Part shown: positions 1 to 9,882 of the stretch, piece by piece
Layout: each line of letters starts with the position of its first letter
How positions within the stretch are numbered: position 1 is the first letter of the stretch
Origin: an uncultured Clostridia bacterium
Lineage (GTDB): Bacteria; Bacillota; Clostridia; TANB77; CAG-465
Direction: 5' to 3'
Length of the DNA: 64,000 nt
NCBI GenBank assembly: GCA_944388545.1
Contig: CALXJE010000040.1
Span: forward strand, 13,938 to 77,937
Position numbers and translations under genes: made by a program
Notes under the pieces: generated by a model
Told to the model about the DNA's origin: nothing
The model's input: the letters and a program-made list of their open reading frames with translations, nothing else
Database searches by the model: none

Positions 1-783
1 AGCAGGACCTTTTCCATATGCACCTTTAGATTGAGCAATTTCATTTTCATGATGTATTGGAATTGCATCTATTCCACCTGTATGTATATCAAACTGATGA
101 CCTAAATATTTATTTGACATAGCACTACATTCAATATGCCATCCAGGATAACATAATCCCCATTTGCTATCCCATTTCATTATATGTTCTTTTGGAGCTT
201 TTATCCAAAGTGCAAAATCAAGTGGATTTCTTTTTTCATTATCTACTTCTACTCTAGCTCCTGCTTTATTTTCTTTTACATTAGCTTTAGAAAGTTCGCC
301 ATAACTTGGAAGTTTAGATGTATCAAAATATATTCCTTTTGATGTTTCATATCCATATCCGTTTTCAACTATTTTCTTTACAAACTCTTCCATATCTTTT
401 ATATGATCTGTTGCTTTACATATAATTTCTGGTCTTTCTATATTAAGCTTATCTAAATCTACTAAAAATGCTTTTGTATATTTTTCAGCTATTTCCCAAG
501 GTGATAATTTTTGCTCTCTAGCTGCCTTATTCATTTTATCTTCACCTTCGTCGCTATCTGAAGTCATATGACCTACATCTGTAATATTCATTACATGCTT
601 TAATGTAAAACCATTTAATTTTAGTACTTTCCTTAAGTTATCCATAAATATATAGGCTCTCATGTTACCTATGTGAGCATAATAATATACTGTAGGTCCG
701 CATGTATATATTCTAACTTCGTTTTCCTCAAGTGGCTTAAATTCTTCTTTTTCTCTAGTTAATGTATTATATATTTTTAGCAT
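1..783 (-). CDS. cysS: Cysteine--tRNA ligase (N-terminal part; 3' end lies beyond the window start)
   Basis: Minus-strand translation begins [38 protein letters not shown] (class I HIGH-type motif). Continues ..[19 protein letters not shown] at the window edge. ATG at 783-781. Confidence 0.85.
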   Translation of the reverse strand, partial: MLKIYNTLTREKEEFKPLEENEVRIYTCGPTVYYYAHIGNMRAYIFMDNLRKVLKLNGFTLKHVMNITDVGHMTSDSDEGEDKMNKAAREQKLSPWEIAEKYTKAFLVDLDKLNIERPEIICKATDHIKDMEEFVKKIVENGYGYETSKGIYFDTSKLPSYGELSKANVKENKAGARVEVDNEKRNPLDFALWIKAPKEHIMKWDSKWGLCYPGWHIECSAMSNKYLGHQFDIHTGGIDAIPIHHENEIAQSKGAYGKGPA

Positions 784-861
784 TTTATCACCTTTCTTCA
801 TATATATTTTATTTGCTGGTAACATTATATATTACCAGCAAAATTTTTACAAGCTGTGCTA

Positions 862-2601
862 TTAACTATTTGGATCATATGGATCTACAACACCTGGATC
901 TTCTTTACCATCATCCGGATCTGTATTTTCATTATTATCATTATTGTTGTTATTTTCATCTGAATTGTTTTCATCCACAGGCTCTTCCTTAACCGGCTCT
1001 TCAGGTTCTTCTTTAGGTTCTTCTTTTACAATAGGAGTAGCATTAGCCTCCGCTTGTGTAGGCTTATATATATTTCCTGTTACTTCTTCATATGAAGCTT
1101 CTAGTATTTCTCCAGCTATAACTGCATTTATTTTTTGTTTTGCATCATCAATTGAATCTTGACTTGGATACATTACATATAATAGCTGACTTCCTGTACT
1201 ATATGTAGATGCTCTACCATCTCCACCAGTTAAACTTATTGTTGATACATTCCATGTAGGCATTTTTGAAATTTGTAATCTTGCAAGCTCCATCATTTTC
1301 CCTGTATCCATATTCGTTTGGAACTTATTAGATAATGATTTTAATAGTGAATCAAATTTAGTAATTATAGATGGTTTTGATGCTTTTTTAATTATTCCAT
1401 TTATAACGGCCTGTTGATTCTTACCACGCATTCTATCTCCTGTTGCAAAAGCTTTTCTTTCCCTTGCAAATGCAAGTGCTTGTTTTCCATTCATTGAGTT
1501 ATATCCTTTTTTAAAGTTGTAATTATCTATATATGATGTAAAGCTATATTCAGAATATACTTCTATTCCACCTATTGCATCTACTATATCTACTAAAGAA
1601 GTAAAATTAACTTTAAAATAGTAGTTTATATCAATATCAAGTAAATCTTCTATTGTTTGAACAGATTTTTCAACACCATACATTCCTGCATGTGTTAATT
1701 TATCTCTTTTACCAGTAGTTCCATGAAGTTGAACATAATAATCTCTAGGAATATTTACAAGAAGCACTTGATAAGTTTTAGGATTTATTACAGCTACAAT
1801 GTTAACATCACTCCTAGATACAGAAGATATAGTTCCATAAGTGTCTATTCCACTTATATATACTATAAATGTTTCTGATGTGACTTCTGTATCTTTGGCT
1901 ATAGTTTCTACTTCTACATCTATAGAAAATGTATAAATTACTTTAGTTTTATCGTCAAATCCTTCTAATTCTTCACCAAGTAAAGTTTTTTGTGAATCTT
2001 CAAGTAAAATGGCATCTACTTCTGAATTTAATAATGTTTTTCCAACAAGTGCAATATCTTCATTACTTACAGCATTTACATCAACTGTTTCTTTAAGTTT
2101 TTCTAAAGCTAGTTCTGAATTATCTAAGTCATTACTATAATACTCTATAACTTTTCCTTCTAAGTCCTCAATCTCGTTATATTCACTATCTTTTAAAACT
2201 ATTACTGAATAATTTTGTTTTTTAGTATTTGCATTATCATTCATACTATCTATAAGTATATATGTTTTTAAAACATATATGCCAATAATAAGTTCTATTA
2301 CTGCTAATATAACTTGAAGAATATTTATAATATTCCTTATTTTTTTACTTTTTCTTTTCTTTAACAGTGTAAAGCAAAATGCACTATTTATTATTAAAAG
2401 ACCTAGTATAAGTGCTATCATATATTTAAAAGGTAAAACCCCAATTACAAGCATTGTGATTATTATACCAATGGAAATTAAAATAGTAATGCAAGATATA
2501 ATAAAACTAACTAGCTTTCTTTTATCTATATTAGTTTTTTTTGTGCTTTTAATTTCTGCACTCTCGTTTGTTTTTAAATTTTTTCTTCTCAACTTAACCA
2601 C
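862..2601 (-). CDS. LytR-CpsA-Psr (LCP) family cell-envelope phosphotransferase, membrane-anchored, with acidic/Asn-rich C-terminal tail
   Basis: N-terminal lysine-rich cytoplasmic segment followed by one TM. LCP core VNIPRDYYVQLHGTTGKRDKLTHAGMYG...FTSLVDIVDAIGGIEV. C-terminal low-complexity EEPKEEPEEPVKEEP...NNNNNDNNENTDPDD. Start codon is probably GTG or TTG near 2590-2601. Confidence 0.8.
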   Translation of the reverse strand: MVKLRRKNLKTNESAEIKSTKKTNIDKRKLVSFIISCITILISIGIIITMLVIGVLPFKYMIALILGLLIINSAFCFTLLKKRKSKKIRNIINILQVILAVIELIIGIYVLKTYILIDSMNDNANTKKQNYSVIVLKDSEYNEIEDLEGKVIEYYSNDLDNSELALEKLKETVDVNAVSNEDIALVGKTLLNSEVDAILLEDSQKTLLGEELEGFDDKTKVIYTFSIDVEVETIAKDTEVTSETFIVYISGIDTYGTISSVSRSDVNIVAVINPKTYQVLLVNIPRDYYVQLHGTTGKRDKLTHAGMYGVEKSVQTIEDLLDIDINYYFKVNFTSLVDIVDAIGGIEVYSEYSFTSYIDNYNFKKGYNSMNGKQALAFARERKAFATGDRMRGKNQQAVINGIIKKASKPSIITKFDSLLKSLSNKFQTNMDTGKMMELARLQISKMPTWNVSTISLTGGDGRASTYSTGSQLLYVMYPSQDSIDDAKQKINAVIAGEILEASYEEVTGNIYKPTQAEANATPIVKEEPKEEPEEPVKEEPVDENNSDENNNNNDNNENTDPDDGKEDPGVVDPYDPNS

Positions 2602-2631
2602 CTTTTCAATTTTAATATTATATAACTTTAC

Positions 2632-4431
2632 TTAGTTTATATTTGTAGCATCTGTTATCTCTTTACTAAACATACTAATTAAAGTATCTATATCCATAGT
2701 TCCTTTATCTTCACCTGTTCTTGATTTAACAGATAGTTCATTGTTCTGAACTTCCTTATCCCCTACAACTAACATATATGGAATCTTTTGAAGTCTTGCT
2801 TCTCTAATTTTATATCCTATTTTTTCACTTCTATCATCAACTTCTACTCTAAATCCCAAACTATTTAATTTATTCATAACTTCATACGCATAATCTGCAT
2901 GAGCATCAGAAATTGTAAGTATTTTAGCTTGAACTGGTGCAATCCATAAAGGAAATGCTCCTGCATATTTCTCAATTAATAATGCTAATGTTCTTTCATA
3001 ACAACCAATTGATGTTCTATGTATAATTACAGGTGTTTTCTTTTCTCCATCTGAATCTACATATGTCATATCAAATTTTTTGGCAAGTTCAAAGTCTACT
3101 TGAATAGTAATTAAAGTATCTTCTTTACCCCAAACATTTTTACATTGTATGTCAAGTTTAGGACCATAAAATGCTGCTTCTCCTTCTGCTTCAACATAAT
3201 TTATATTTAAATGATCCAATATACCTTTAAGAGCTGCTTGTGAAACTTCCCAATCTTTTTCATCACCTATATACTTTTCTTTATTGTTTGGATCCCATTT
3301 AGAAAATCTAAAAGATACATCTTCATATAACCCTAATACTTTAAGCATATATGTTGCTAAATCTATGCATCCTTTAACTTCTTCTTCTAGTTGGTCTGGT
3401 CTTACAACTAAATGACCTTCTGATATAGTAAACTGTCTTAATCTAATTAATCCATGCATTTCTCCAGATTCTTCATTTCTAAATAGAGTTGAAGTTTCAT
3501 TATATTTAAATGGAAGTTCTCTATAACTTCTTTGTTTAAATTTATATGACATAAATTGGAAAGGACATGTCATAGGTCTTAAAGCAAATACATCTTGATT
3601 TTCTTCATTTTCAGGGTCACCTAGTATAAACATGCTATCTCTATAATGATACCAATGTCCTGATATTTTATATAAATCAGATTTTGCCATAAAAGGTGTT
3701 TTTGTAAGAAGATATCCTCTTTTTTGTTCTTCGTCTTCTACAAATCTTTGAAGTAGTTGTACTATTCTTGCTCCTTTTGGCATAAGTATAGGAAGACCTT
3801 GACCTATGTAATCAACTGTTGTAAATAATTCTAATTCTCTTCCTAATTTATTATGATCTCTTTTTAGTGCTTCTTCCTGTGCATCAAGATATTCTTGTAA
3901 ATCTTTTTCTGTCTCAAAACAAGTTCCATATATTCTAGTTAACATTTTATTTTTTTCTGAACCTTTCCAATATGCTCCAGTAACAGATAAAAGCTTTACT
4001 ACTCCTATATCTTTTGCTCTTAACACATGCGGTCCTACACACATATCAAAGAAGTTATCATTTTCAAAAAAACTTATTTCGGTATCATCTCCTAAGTCAT
4101 TAATCATTTCTAATTTATATGGCTCATCTTTCATTTTCTCTATAGCTTCTTTTTTTGAAAGAACATAACTTCTTACTTCTTTATTTTGAGCTATTATGTT
4201 TTTCATTATATTCTCTATTTTTTTCAAATCTTCTTGTTTTATACTTATATTATCAAAATCATAATAAAAACCATTATCTATTGCAGGTCCTATAGCAAGT
4301 TTTGCTTCAGGATATAATTTTTTTATAGCTTCAGCTAAAATATGTGATGCGCTATGTCTTGCAACATTTATGTTTTCATTATAATCTACTTCTTCTACAT
4401 TACCATGCTTGTCTATAATTTTTATACTCAT
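2632..4431 (-). CDS. thrS: Threonine--tRNA ligase (short N-terminus)
   Basis: Motifs HSASHILAEA, RDHNKLGRELELF, class II core and C-terminal anticodon-binding region. 599 aa, with only about 25 residues preceding the HxxxH editing-domain motif. Confidence 0.85.
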   Translation of the reverse strand: MSIKIIDKHGNVEEVDYNENINVARHSASHILAEAIKKLYPEAKLAIGPAIDNGFYYDFDNISIKQEDLKKIENIMKNIIAQNKEVRSYVLSKKEAIEKMKDEPYKLEMINDLGDDTEISFFENDNFFDMCVGPHVLRAKDIGVVKLLSVTGAYWKGSEKNKMLTRIYGTCFETEKDLQEYLDAQEEALKRDHNKLGRELELFTTVDYIGQGLPILMPKGARIVQLLQRFVEDEEQKRGYLLTKTPFMAKSDLYKISGHWYHYRDSMFILGDPENEENQDVFALRPMTCPFQFMSYKFKQRSYRELPFKYNETSTLFRNEESGEMHGLIRLRQFTISEGHLVVRPDQLEEEVKGCIDLATYMLKVLGLYEDVSFRFSKWDPNNKEKYIGDEKDWEVSQAALKGILDHLNINYVEAEGEAAFYGPKLDIQCKNVWGKEDTLITIQVDFELAKKFDMTYVDSDGEKKTPVIIHRTSIGCYERTLALLIEKYAGAFPLWIAPVQAKILTISDAHADYAYEVMNKLNSLGFRVEVDDRSEKIGYKIREARLQKIPYMLVVGDKEVQNNELSVKSRTGEDKGTMDIDTLISMFSKEITDATNIN

Positions 4432-4445
4432 TTTATCCTCCTTTA

Positions 4446-5327
4446 TTATATTTTAAATTCTAAACCTATTACTTCATAATATTTATTCTTTTTAAATTCA
4501 AGTATAGAATATTTCATAGATAGTTCTCTTGCCTCTTGAATAACTAATTCATAATTATCATCTGCGTTTAAATCACATGCAAATTTAATAGAATAAACAG
4601 GCCAGTTTATAGAACTTTCGGTATTCTTTACGTAAGAATATTTAATTATTTTACTTTTATTTCCTTGAACATATACAACCACACTATATACTCCAAATTT
4701 ATTTTTTCCAGAAGATGTAGCAGATATTATTCTTGTTTTTTGGTCTGTTCCTAAATACCCCTCATAAACCTCATTTACTTTAACAGTATTATTTAATAAT
4801 CTATATTTGCCTAACGCTTTCTTAATATATTTTTCATCTTCTTTAGATGGTTCTAATTTAGCAAGTTCTCTAATCATTGCATTATTTTCCGATTTAGCAA
4901 TTGCTATATATTCACTATCAGAAACATCCTTTAAAGGTATAGCATAGGTTATTCCTCTTTCTTGATCTTGACTTACAGAATATATTTCAAAAGTTCCCAT
5001 TTTACCAGAGACATTATACATATCTATTTCGGTACCTTTAGTTATATTTGCCTTGCCATACATATTATCTTTGCTAAGCCATTTTCCTTTATCAGACACT
5101 CCTCCTACTACAACGTTATTTATTATTATAGGAGAAACAGAGGAAACTTCTTCACTTTTAACTTTAGATGATGATTTATCTATATATTCTACAGTTATAT
5201 AATTTTGTGTATACACATATATTAAAAATATCGCAGATACTAAAAGTATTACTATTAATAATATAATTAATGGTATCAGCTTTTTATTATTTTTCTTTTT
5301 ATTTACCTTTTTCATATACCTTGCCAC
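4446..5327 (-). CDS. Hypothetical membrane-anchored protein (single N-terminal TM, extracytoplasmic domain)
   Basis: ORF with K-rich N-terminus plus hydrophobic helix LIPLIILLIVILLVSAIFLIYVY. No recognisable catalytic motif. Packed between thrS and queH with short gaps. Confidence 0.5.
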   Translation of the reverse strand: MARYMKKVNKKKNNKKLIPLIILLIVILLVSAIFLIYVYTQNYITVEYIDKSSSKVKSEEVSSVSPIIINNVVVGGVSDKGKWLSKDNMYGKANITKGTEIDMYNVSGKMGTFEIYSVSQDQERGITYAIPLKDVSDSEYIAIAKSENNAMIRELAKLEPSKEDEKYIKKALGKYRLLNNTVKVNEVYEGYLGTDQKTRIISATSSGKNKFGVYSVVVYVQGNKSKIIKYSYVKNTESSINWPVYSIKFACDLNADDNYELVIQEARELSMKYSILEFKKNKYYEVIGLEFKI

Positions 5328-5878
5328 CTTCCTTCATCTATAGAATATATACAGCCACAATATTTTTGTCTATACAACCCTAGCTCTCTTGCTTTATTTT
5401 GTCCTTCTCTAAATAATGGTCTATAGTCTCTATACATGAATTCAACATTATATTTATTTGCTAGTTTGCTACATACTTTCTTTATTAAATCATGTTTTTG
5501 ATATGGACTTATTAAAAGTGTAGTAGTTACATGGGTATACCCATTTTCTTTTGCATATTCAAATACTTTTTCAAGTCTTGAAGTATAACAATATTCACAC
5601 CTTAATTTAAATTCTGTTTTATCTATATTAACTACATCATATATAAATTTATTCATATCATACTCATCTAACACAATAGGTTTTTTGCCCATTTTAGATA
5701 TATATGATATATATGTATCTTTTCTTTTTTCATATTCTACTTTAGGATGAATGTTAGTATTATACCATATAGTATCAAAACTATCTATATTTATTTCATC
5801 CATATTATTTATTGTATCATCATATACTGCCACCATACATGGCGCACAACATGCATGAATAAGTAATTTATTCTTCAT
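5312..5878 (-). CDS. queH: Epoxyqueuosine reductase QueH (DUF208)
   Basis: N-terminal [10 protein letters not shown] and C-terminal CEYCYTSR...YCGCIYS cysteine motifs typical of QueH. Confidence 0.75.
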   Translation of the reverse strand: MKNKLLIHACCAPCMVAVYDDTINNMDEINIDSFDTIWYNTNIHPKVEYEKRKDTYISYISKMGKKPIVLDEYDMNKFIYDVVNIDKTEFKLRCEYCYTSRLEKVFEYAKENGYTHVTTTLLISPYQKHDLIKKVCSKLANKYNVEFMYRDYRPLFREGQNKARELGLYRQKYCGCIYSIDEGRWQGI

Positions 5879-6875
5879 ATTTTACCCCCATGTGATAATA
5901 AGCTAATTTTGTTGCAACCCTACCCCTAGGGGTTCGATTAATAAATCCAATTTGCATAAGATATGGCTCATAAACATCCTCTATTGTATCTTTATCTTCA
6001 CCAATTGCAGCCGCCATAGCTTCAAGTCCTACAGGTCTTCCTCCAAATTTATCAATCATTGTCATTAAAATTTTTCTATCTATATCATCTAACCCATATT
6101 CATCAATCTCTAATCTATTTAATGCATCGTGCGCTATTTCATAGTCTATACTATTACTTGATTTATTTGTTGCAAAGTCTCTTACTCTTTTAAGAAGCCT
6201 ATTTGCAATTCTAGGAGTGCCTCTACTTCTGCTTCCGATTTCTAACGCTGCTTCATGCGTTATATCTATATTTAATATTCCTGCACTTCTTTCTATAATA
6301 GTTGCAAGTTCTTTTTCATCATACATACTTAATCTATGTATAATACCAAATCTATCACGAAGTGGCCCTGATAATGAACCTGCTTTTGTTGTTGCTCCTA
6401 CAAGTGTAAATTTAGGAAGATCAATTCTAATTGATCTTGCAGAAGGGCCTTTTCCAATCATTATATCAAGGTTAAAATCCTCTAATGCTGGATATAACAC
6501 TTCTTCTACACTTTTTTTAAGTCTATGTATTTCGTCAATAAATAACAAATCATTTTCTTCTAAATTTGTAAGTATTGCAGCCAAATCTCCTGGTTTTTCT
6601 ATCGCAGGTCCTGATGTTATTTTTATATTAACTCCCATTTCTGATGCTATTATACTTGCAAGAGTCGTTTTACCAAGTCCTGGTGGTCCATAGAGCAGAA
6701 CATGATCTAGCGGTTCTTTTCTAGTAAGAGCTGCATCAATATATATTTTCATATTTTCTTTAACCTTAGTTTGTCCAATATATTCCGAAAAACTTCTAGG
6801 TCTAAGATTTATTTCTACTTCTGGTACATCTATCTCCTCATCATATTCAGGAGATATTACTCTATCTTCAATCAT
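5868..6875 (-). CDS. ruvB: Holliday junction branch migration ATPase RuvB
   Basis: [12 protein letters not shown]...[14 protein letters not shown] Walker A, sensor and arginine-finger regions, winged-helix C-terminus. Confidence 0.9.
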   Translation of the reverse strand: MIEDRVISPEYDEEIDVPEVEINLRPRSFSEYIGQTKVKENMKIYIDAALTRKEPLDHVLLYGPPGLGKTTLASIIASEMGVNIKITSGPAIEKPGDLAAILTNLEENDLLFIDEIHRLKKSVEEVLYPALEDFNLDIMIGKGPSARSIRIDLPKFTLVGATTKAGSLSGPLRDRFGIIHRLSMYDEKELATIIERSAGILNIDITHEAALEIGSRSRGTPRIANRLLKRVRDFATNKSSNSIDYEIAHDALNRLEIDEYGLDDIDRKILMTMIDKFGGRPVGLEAMAAAIGEDKDTIEDVYEPYLMQIGFINRTPRGRVATKLAYYHMGVKYEE

Positions 6876-6960
6876 TAGTCTTCTCCTTACATTTTAACGT
6901 ATAAATTATACCACTAATATATATATTAATGCAACTTAAAAAGAGAATATATTACAAAAA

Positions 6961-6998
6961 ATATGAGACTACAAATTAATGTAGTCCCATATTTTTTC
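6961..6998 (-). terminator. Rho-independent terminator downstream of the ClpN-AAA-M41 gene
   Basis: Minus-strand reads ATGGGACTACA-TTAATTT-GTAGTCTCAT (one mismatch) followed by a U-run. Confidence 0.45.
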
Positions 6999-7047
6999 TG
7001 TGTTTAACTAACAAAGTTTATTTTATAGCACTTTTTATTTAGGTTCT

Positions 7048-9093
7048 TTACACTTGCAAAAAACATTCTAATTCTTCAGATGTGACTATTTTCTTTTTCA
7101 TAAGATATTTTGCCATACTTTCTATCTCACTCCAATGATCAGTCACAAATTGTTCAGTTTTGTCATATACCTTTCTAATAAGATCATTTGCTTTTTCATC
7201 AATTTTTATTGCAAGCTTTTCATTAAACAAATCATCGTCTAAAAGATAAATATTTTTGTATTCATCATCATCCATACCAAATTCTGCTATAACACTTTTA
7301 GCAAACTTTTTGGCTTTTTCTAAATCAGACGATGCTCCACTATCTATTCTTTTAGAAATTCTCTGTTGCGCTACTCTTCCTGCAAGTAGAGACATAATAT
7401 ATGCCTCTGCATACTCATGATCTATAGATATTATAGTATCTCTTTTTTCTAGCACATTAACTCCAAGATAATCGGCAGAAGGGATTATTGATATAGCTGT
7501 AACCTTATGAGCTTCATTTTCTTTTGTAAGTCTAGTAACAATATAATGTCCTATTTCATGGTAAGCAGTACAAAGCAAAGTATGTTTATCACACTTTATT
7601 TGTTTTTCAAAAAGTTCCTCATATACTTTGTTTACATCTTCTTTTGATGTTAACTTCTTACCTTTCATTTTAGCTATAGCCATACTTCTATCACAAAGAT
7701 CAAGCGTCTTGTCAGGATTACAGTTATCTGAATTAAAGCAACTTGAGCACAGAATAATATAATCGACTAGTTTGCTGGGTATTCTTACACCATGATACTT
7801 TTCCATGCTTTTTATTTTTGCTTTAATCATTCCTTTTACTTCACTTATTTTAGGTTCTTTTATTATTATAACCTCAAACCGTCTTTTAAAGGCGCCATCT
7901 CTTGATAGAATTTGGTTATATTCGTTTGTAGTTGTTGCGCCAACGAACACTACATCGTCTCTAGAAAGAATAGGCTTTAAAGATCCACTAAGATCAACAT
8001 TTCCTTCTGATGTTCCTCCTGCACCAAGCATTTGATGCATCTCATCAACAAATAGTATAATATTAGGTGTGTTCTCAAGAAATTGCTTTAAGATAGTCAC
8101 CTTAGTTTCAAATTCTCCTCTGTACTTAGTTCCTGCTACCATAGCATTTACATCCAGTGATAGCACAGTATAATTGTAGAATTCCTTTGGTGCTGTTTGA
8201 TTTACTATATGCTGTGTTATTGCCTCTATAATCGCTGTTTTACCTACTCCTGGCTCACCAACTAGTACTGCATTTCTCTTAGTTTTTTTAGAAAAGATGT
8301 TAAATGCCTTAAATATTTCTTTATCTCTACCTAGTATAGTACATTCTTCTCCTTTTTCATACTTGTTATTTAATACTTCAATACAAGATTCTAATGAAGG
8401 AGGAACAACTATCGGAAGAATTTCACTAGCTTCTGCATCAAGGATATTTGCGCCTAATTTAATACTTGATATGAATTCTTCTATATCTATTTGCATCTGT
8501 TTTAAAAGAAAGCTTAAAAACTTATATGCGCTACTTTCTTTATTTTTCAAAATACAATATAGAAGAACATTCAAATCAATGTAATCAAGACCCATAGCCC
8601 TGCATGTTTTTGATGCATCTTCGAGAGCCATCTCTAATTTATCAGAATAAAGCAATTCAATTATGCAATCATTAATTTCAAAGTTTTCTGCATCAGCAGT
8701 CACCTCTATTATTCCACTTAATACCTTAAGAACTTTACTTGCAATTTCATCATCTTCTGATAAATTAAAGTCAGAACATTTTAATAATGGTTCATTTTCT
8801 TCTTCCTCTGTTTCTTCATTAACAGTTTGGTCAAAGTAAGTATCAGCTGCTTCTTTTCCAAATATTTCTTCGTATATTTCTCTACTATTTAATATCTGAA
8901 AAACATCTGCTACAAGTGCAATTCCCATATCCAAAAAAAATTGTGTTATAATTGATTCTTGATTATTAAGAGCAGCAAATAATACATATGCGCTCCTTAC
9001 TTTTTCATCATCAAATTCGTTGGCAATAACTGTTGCAACCTCAAATGCTCTCCGAACCTCAGCGCTAACTTTAGCTTCATTCCAATTACTCAT
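7048..9093 (-). CDS. Soluble AAA+ protease: Clp-N domain + single ClpA/ClpC D1-type AAA+ module + FtsH-type M41 zinc peptidase domain
   Basis: N-terminal Clp_N-like repeats. Walker A LVGEPGVGKTAIIEAI, Walker B ILFVDEMHQM, sensor RDGAFKRRFEVI (all ClpA D1-like). C-terminus TAYHEIGHYIV...HKVTAISIIPS...LLAGRVAQ...GASSDLEKA aligns with FtsH TAYHEAGHA/HKVTIIPRG/LGGRxAEE/GASNDI. No TM segments. Confidence 0.7.
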   Translation of the reverse strand: MSNWNEAKVSAEVRRAFEVATVIANEFDDEKVRSAYVLFAALNNQESIITQFFLDMGIALVADVFQILNSREIYEEIFGKEAADTYFDQTVNEETEEEENEPLLKCSDFNLSEDDEIASKVLKVLSGIIEVTADAENFEINDCIIELLYSDKLEMALEDASKTCRAMGLDYIDLNVLLYCILKNKESSAYKFLSFLLKQMQIDIEEFISSIKLGANILDAEASEILPIVVPPSLESCIEVLNNKYEKGEECTILGRDKEIFKAFNIFSKKTKRNAVLVGEPGVGKTAIIEAITQHIVNQTAPKEFYNYTVLSLDVNAMVAGTKYRGEFETKVTILKQFLENTPNIILFVDEMHQMLGAGGTSEGNVDLSGSLKPILSRDDVVFVGATTTNEYNQILSRDGAFKRRFEVIIIKEPKISEVKGMIKAKIKSMEKYHGVRIPSKLVDYIILCSSCFNSDNCNPDKTLDLCDRSMAIAKMKGKKLTSKEDVNKVYEELFEKQIKCDKHTLLCTAYHEIGHYIVTRLTKENEAHKVTAISIIPSADYLGVNVLEKRDTIISIDHEYAEAYIMSLLAGRVAQQRISKRIDSGASSDLEKAKKFAKSVIAEFGMDDDEYKNIYLLDDDLFNEKLAIKIDEKANDLIRKVYDKTEQFVTDHWSEIESMAKYLMKKKIVTSEELECFLQV

Positions 9094-9497
9094 AATTTTT
9101 TATGCCTCCTTATACATTAATTAACGTTAAATTAAACCTCATTTTATGCTGAGATTATACCTCCGGCCTCTGCAAAAGTCAATCTTTTTTATAAATGAAG
9201 TAGCATCTAATTTTTTTTTACATATAATATAGTATCTAATATGTATTATCGTATTAGAAATTATAGTATATGGTGGGTTTAATGTATCTTAATTCAGTTC
9301 TTAGAAATTGTTTATGGTGCCTACCTTGGAAATTACCATATGGTAACGGACATTATGCTACTGGGTGTGATCTAGTCTTACTATCTAATATGATATGTAT
9401 AGAACAATGTCTTACTAACTTCTCCTGTAATTTACTTGGCTGTGCACCAAATAATGCCCCCTGTGTGCTAAATGGCCATAGAAAGGAGAAAAAAGAA

Positions 9498-9677
9498 ATG
9501 TCTCAAGGATTTAACAATTGGGGTCATGGCAAAAATAATTGCTGCTGTCAATGTTGTCAATGTTGCGAATGCTGCCAATGTTGTTGTGAATGTTGCGAAA
9601 AAGAAGAGCATAAACCAAAATGCGCTACTTTAAAAGTTTGCATTGAAAAAGAAGAAAAAAAAGACGATTGCTGCTAG
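9498..9677 (+). CDS. Cysteine-rich microprotein (59 aa, about 18 Cys in CC/CCC runs)
   Basis: Strong RBS GAAAGGAGA 8-9 nt upstream of ATG 9498. Product MSQGFNNWGHGKNNCCCQCCQCCECCQCCCECCEKEEHKPKCATLKVCIEKEEKKDDCC. An in-frame upstream extension to 9270 exists but lacks a comparable RBS. Confidence 0.55.
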   Translation: MSQGFNNWGHGKNNCCCQCCQCCECCQCCCECCEKEEHKPKCATLKVCIEKEEKKDDCC

Positions 9678-9710
9678 ACCTTAGTTAAAACGCCAAAACA
9701 ATTAAGCTAT

Positions 9711-9735
9711 GTGCAAATGTTTTTTACATTTGCAC
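9711..9735 (+). other. Perfect 10-bp stem / 5-nt loop hairpin after the Cys-rich ORF (no U-tract)
   Basis: GTGCAAATGT-TTTTT-ACATTTGCAC. Not a canonical intrinsic terminator because the 3' flank is not U-rich. Confidence 0.4.
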
Positions 9736-9882
9736 TACATACCCATCTAATTATATTATATATTTATTACATATTTATTTCGTATTTTCTATTTAAGTTT
9801 AATATATAGCTTTTTCCTTGTGTTTTCACAAGATATATGCTATACTTACCATGTTAGACTTAATTGTTTTAAGGGGGATTTT

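Noticed and set aside
944-1162. Numerous 60-160-aa ORFs on the strand opposite to long conserved genes (e.g. 944-1162, 6217-6693, 7805-8035, 8297-8584, 18841-19149, 24584-25131, 27344-27917, 31004-31438, 35318-35694, 45618-45986, 52348-52587)
   Set aside because: They are fully embedded antisense to well-supported genes, have low-complexity or hydrophobic composition typical of AT-rich antisense frames, and lack RBS. Treated as spurious.
4432-4445. T-box leader upstream of thrS
   Set aside because: Only 14 nt separate thrS from the upstream gene, and no AGGGUGGNACCGCG T-box sequence occurs nearby.
9270-9497. Upstream in-frame extension making the Cys-rich ORF 135 aa
   Set aside because: No convincing RBS at 9270, whereas a strong GAAAGGAGA site precedes the internal ATG at 9498. 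The shorter ORF is preferred, though the long form cannot be excluded without expression data.
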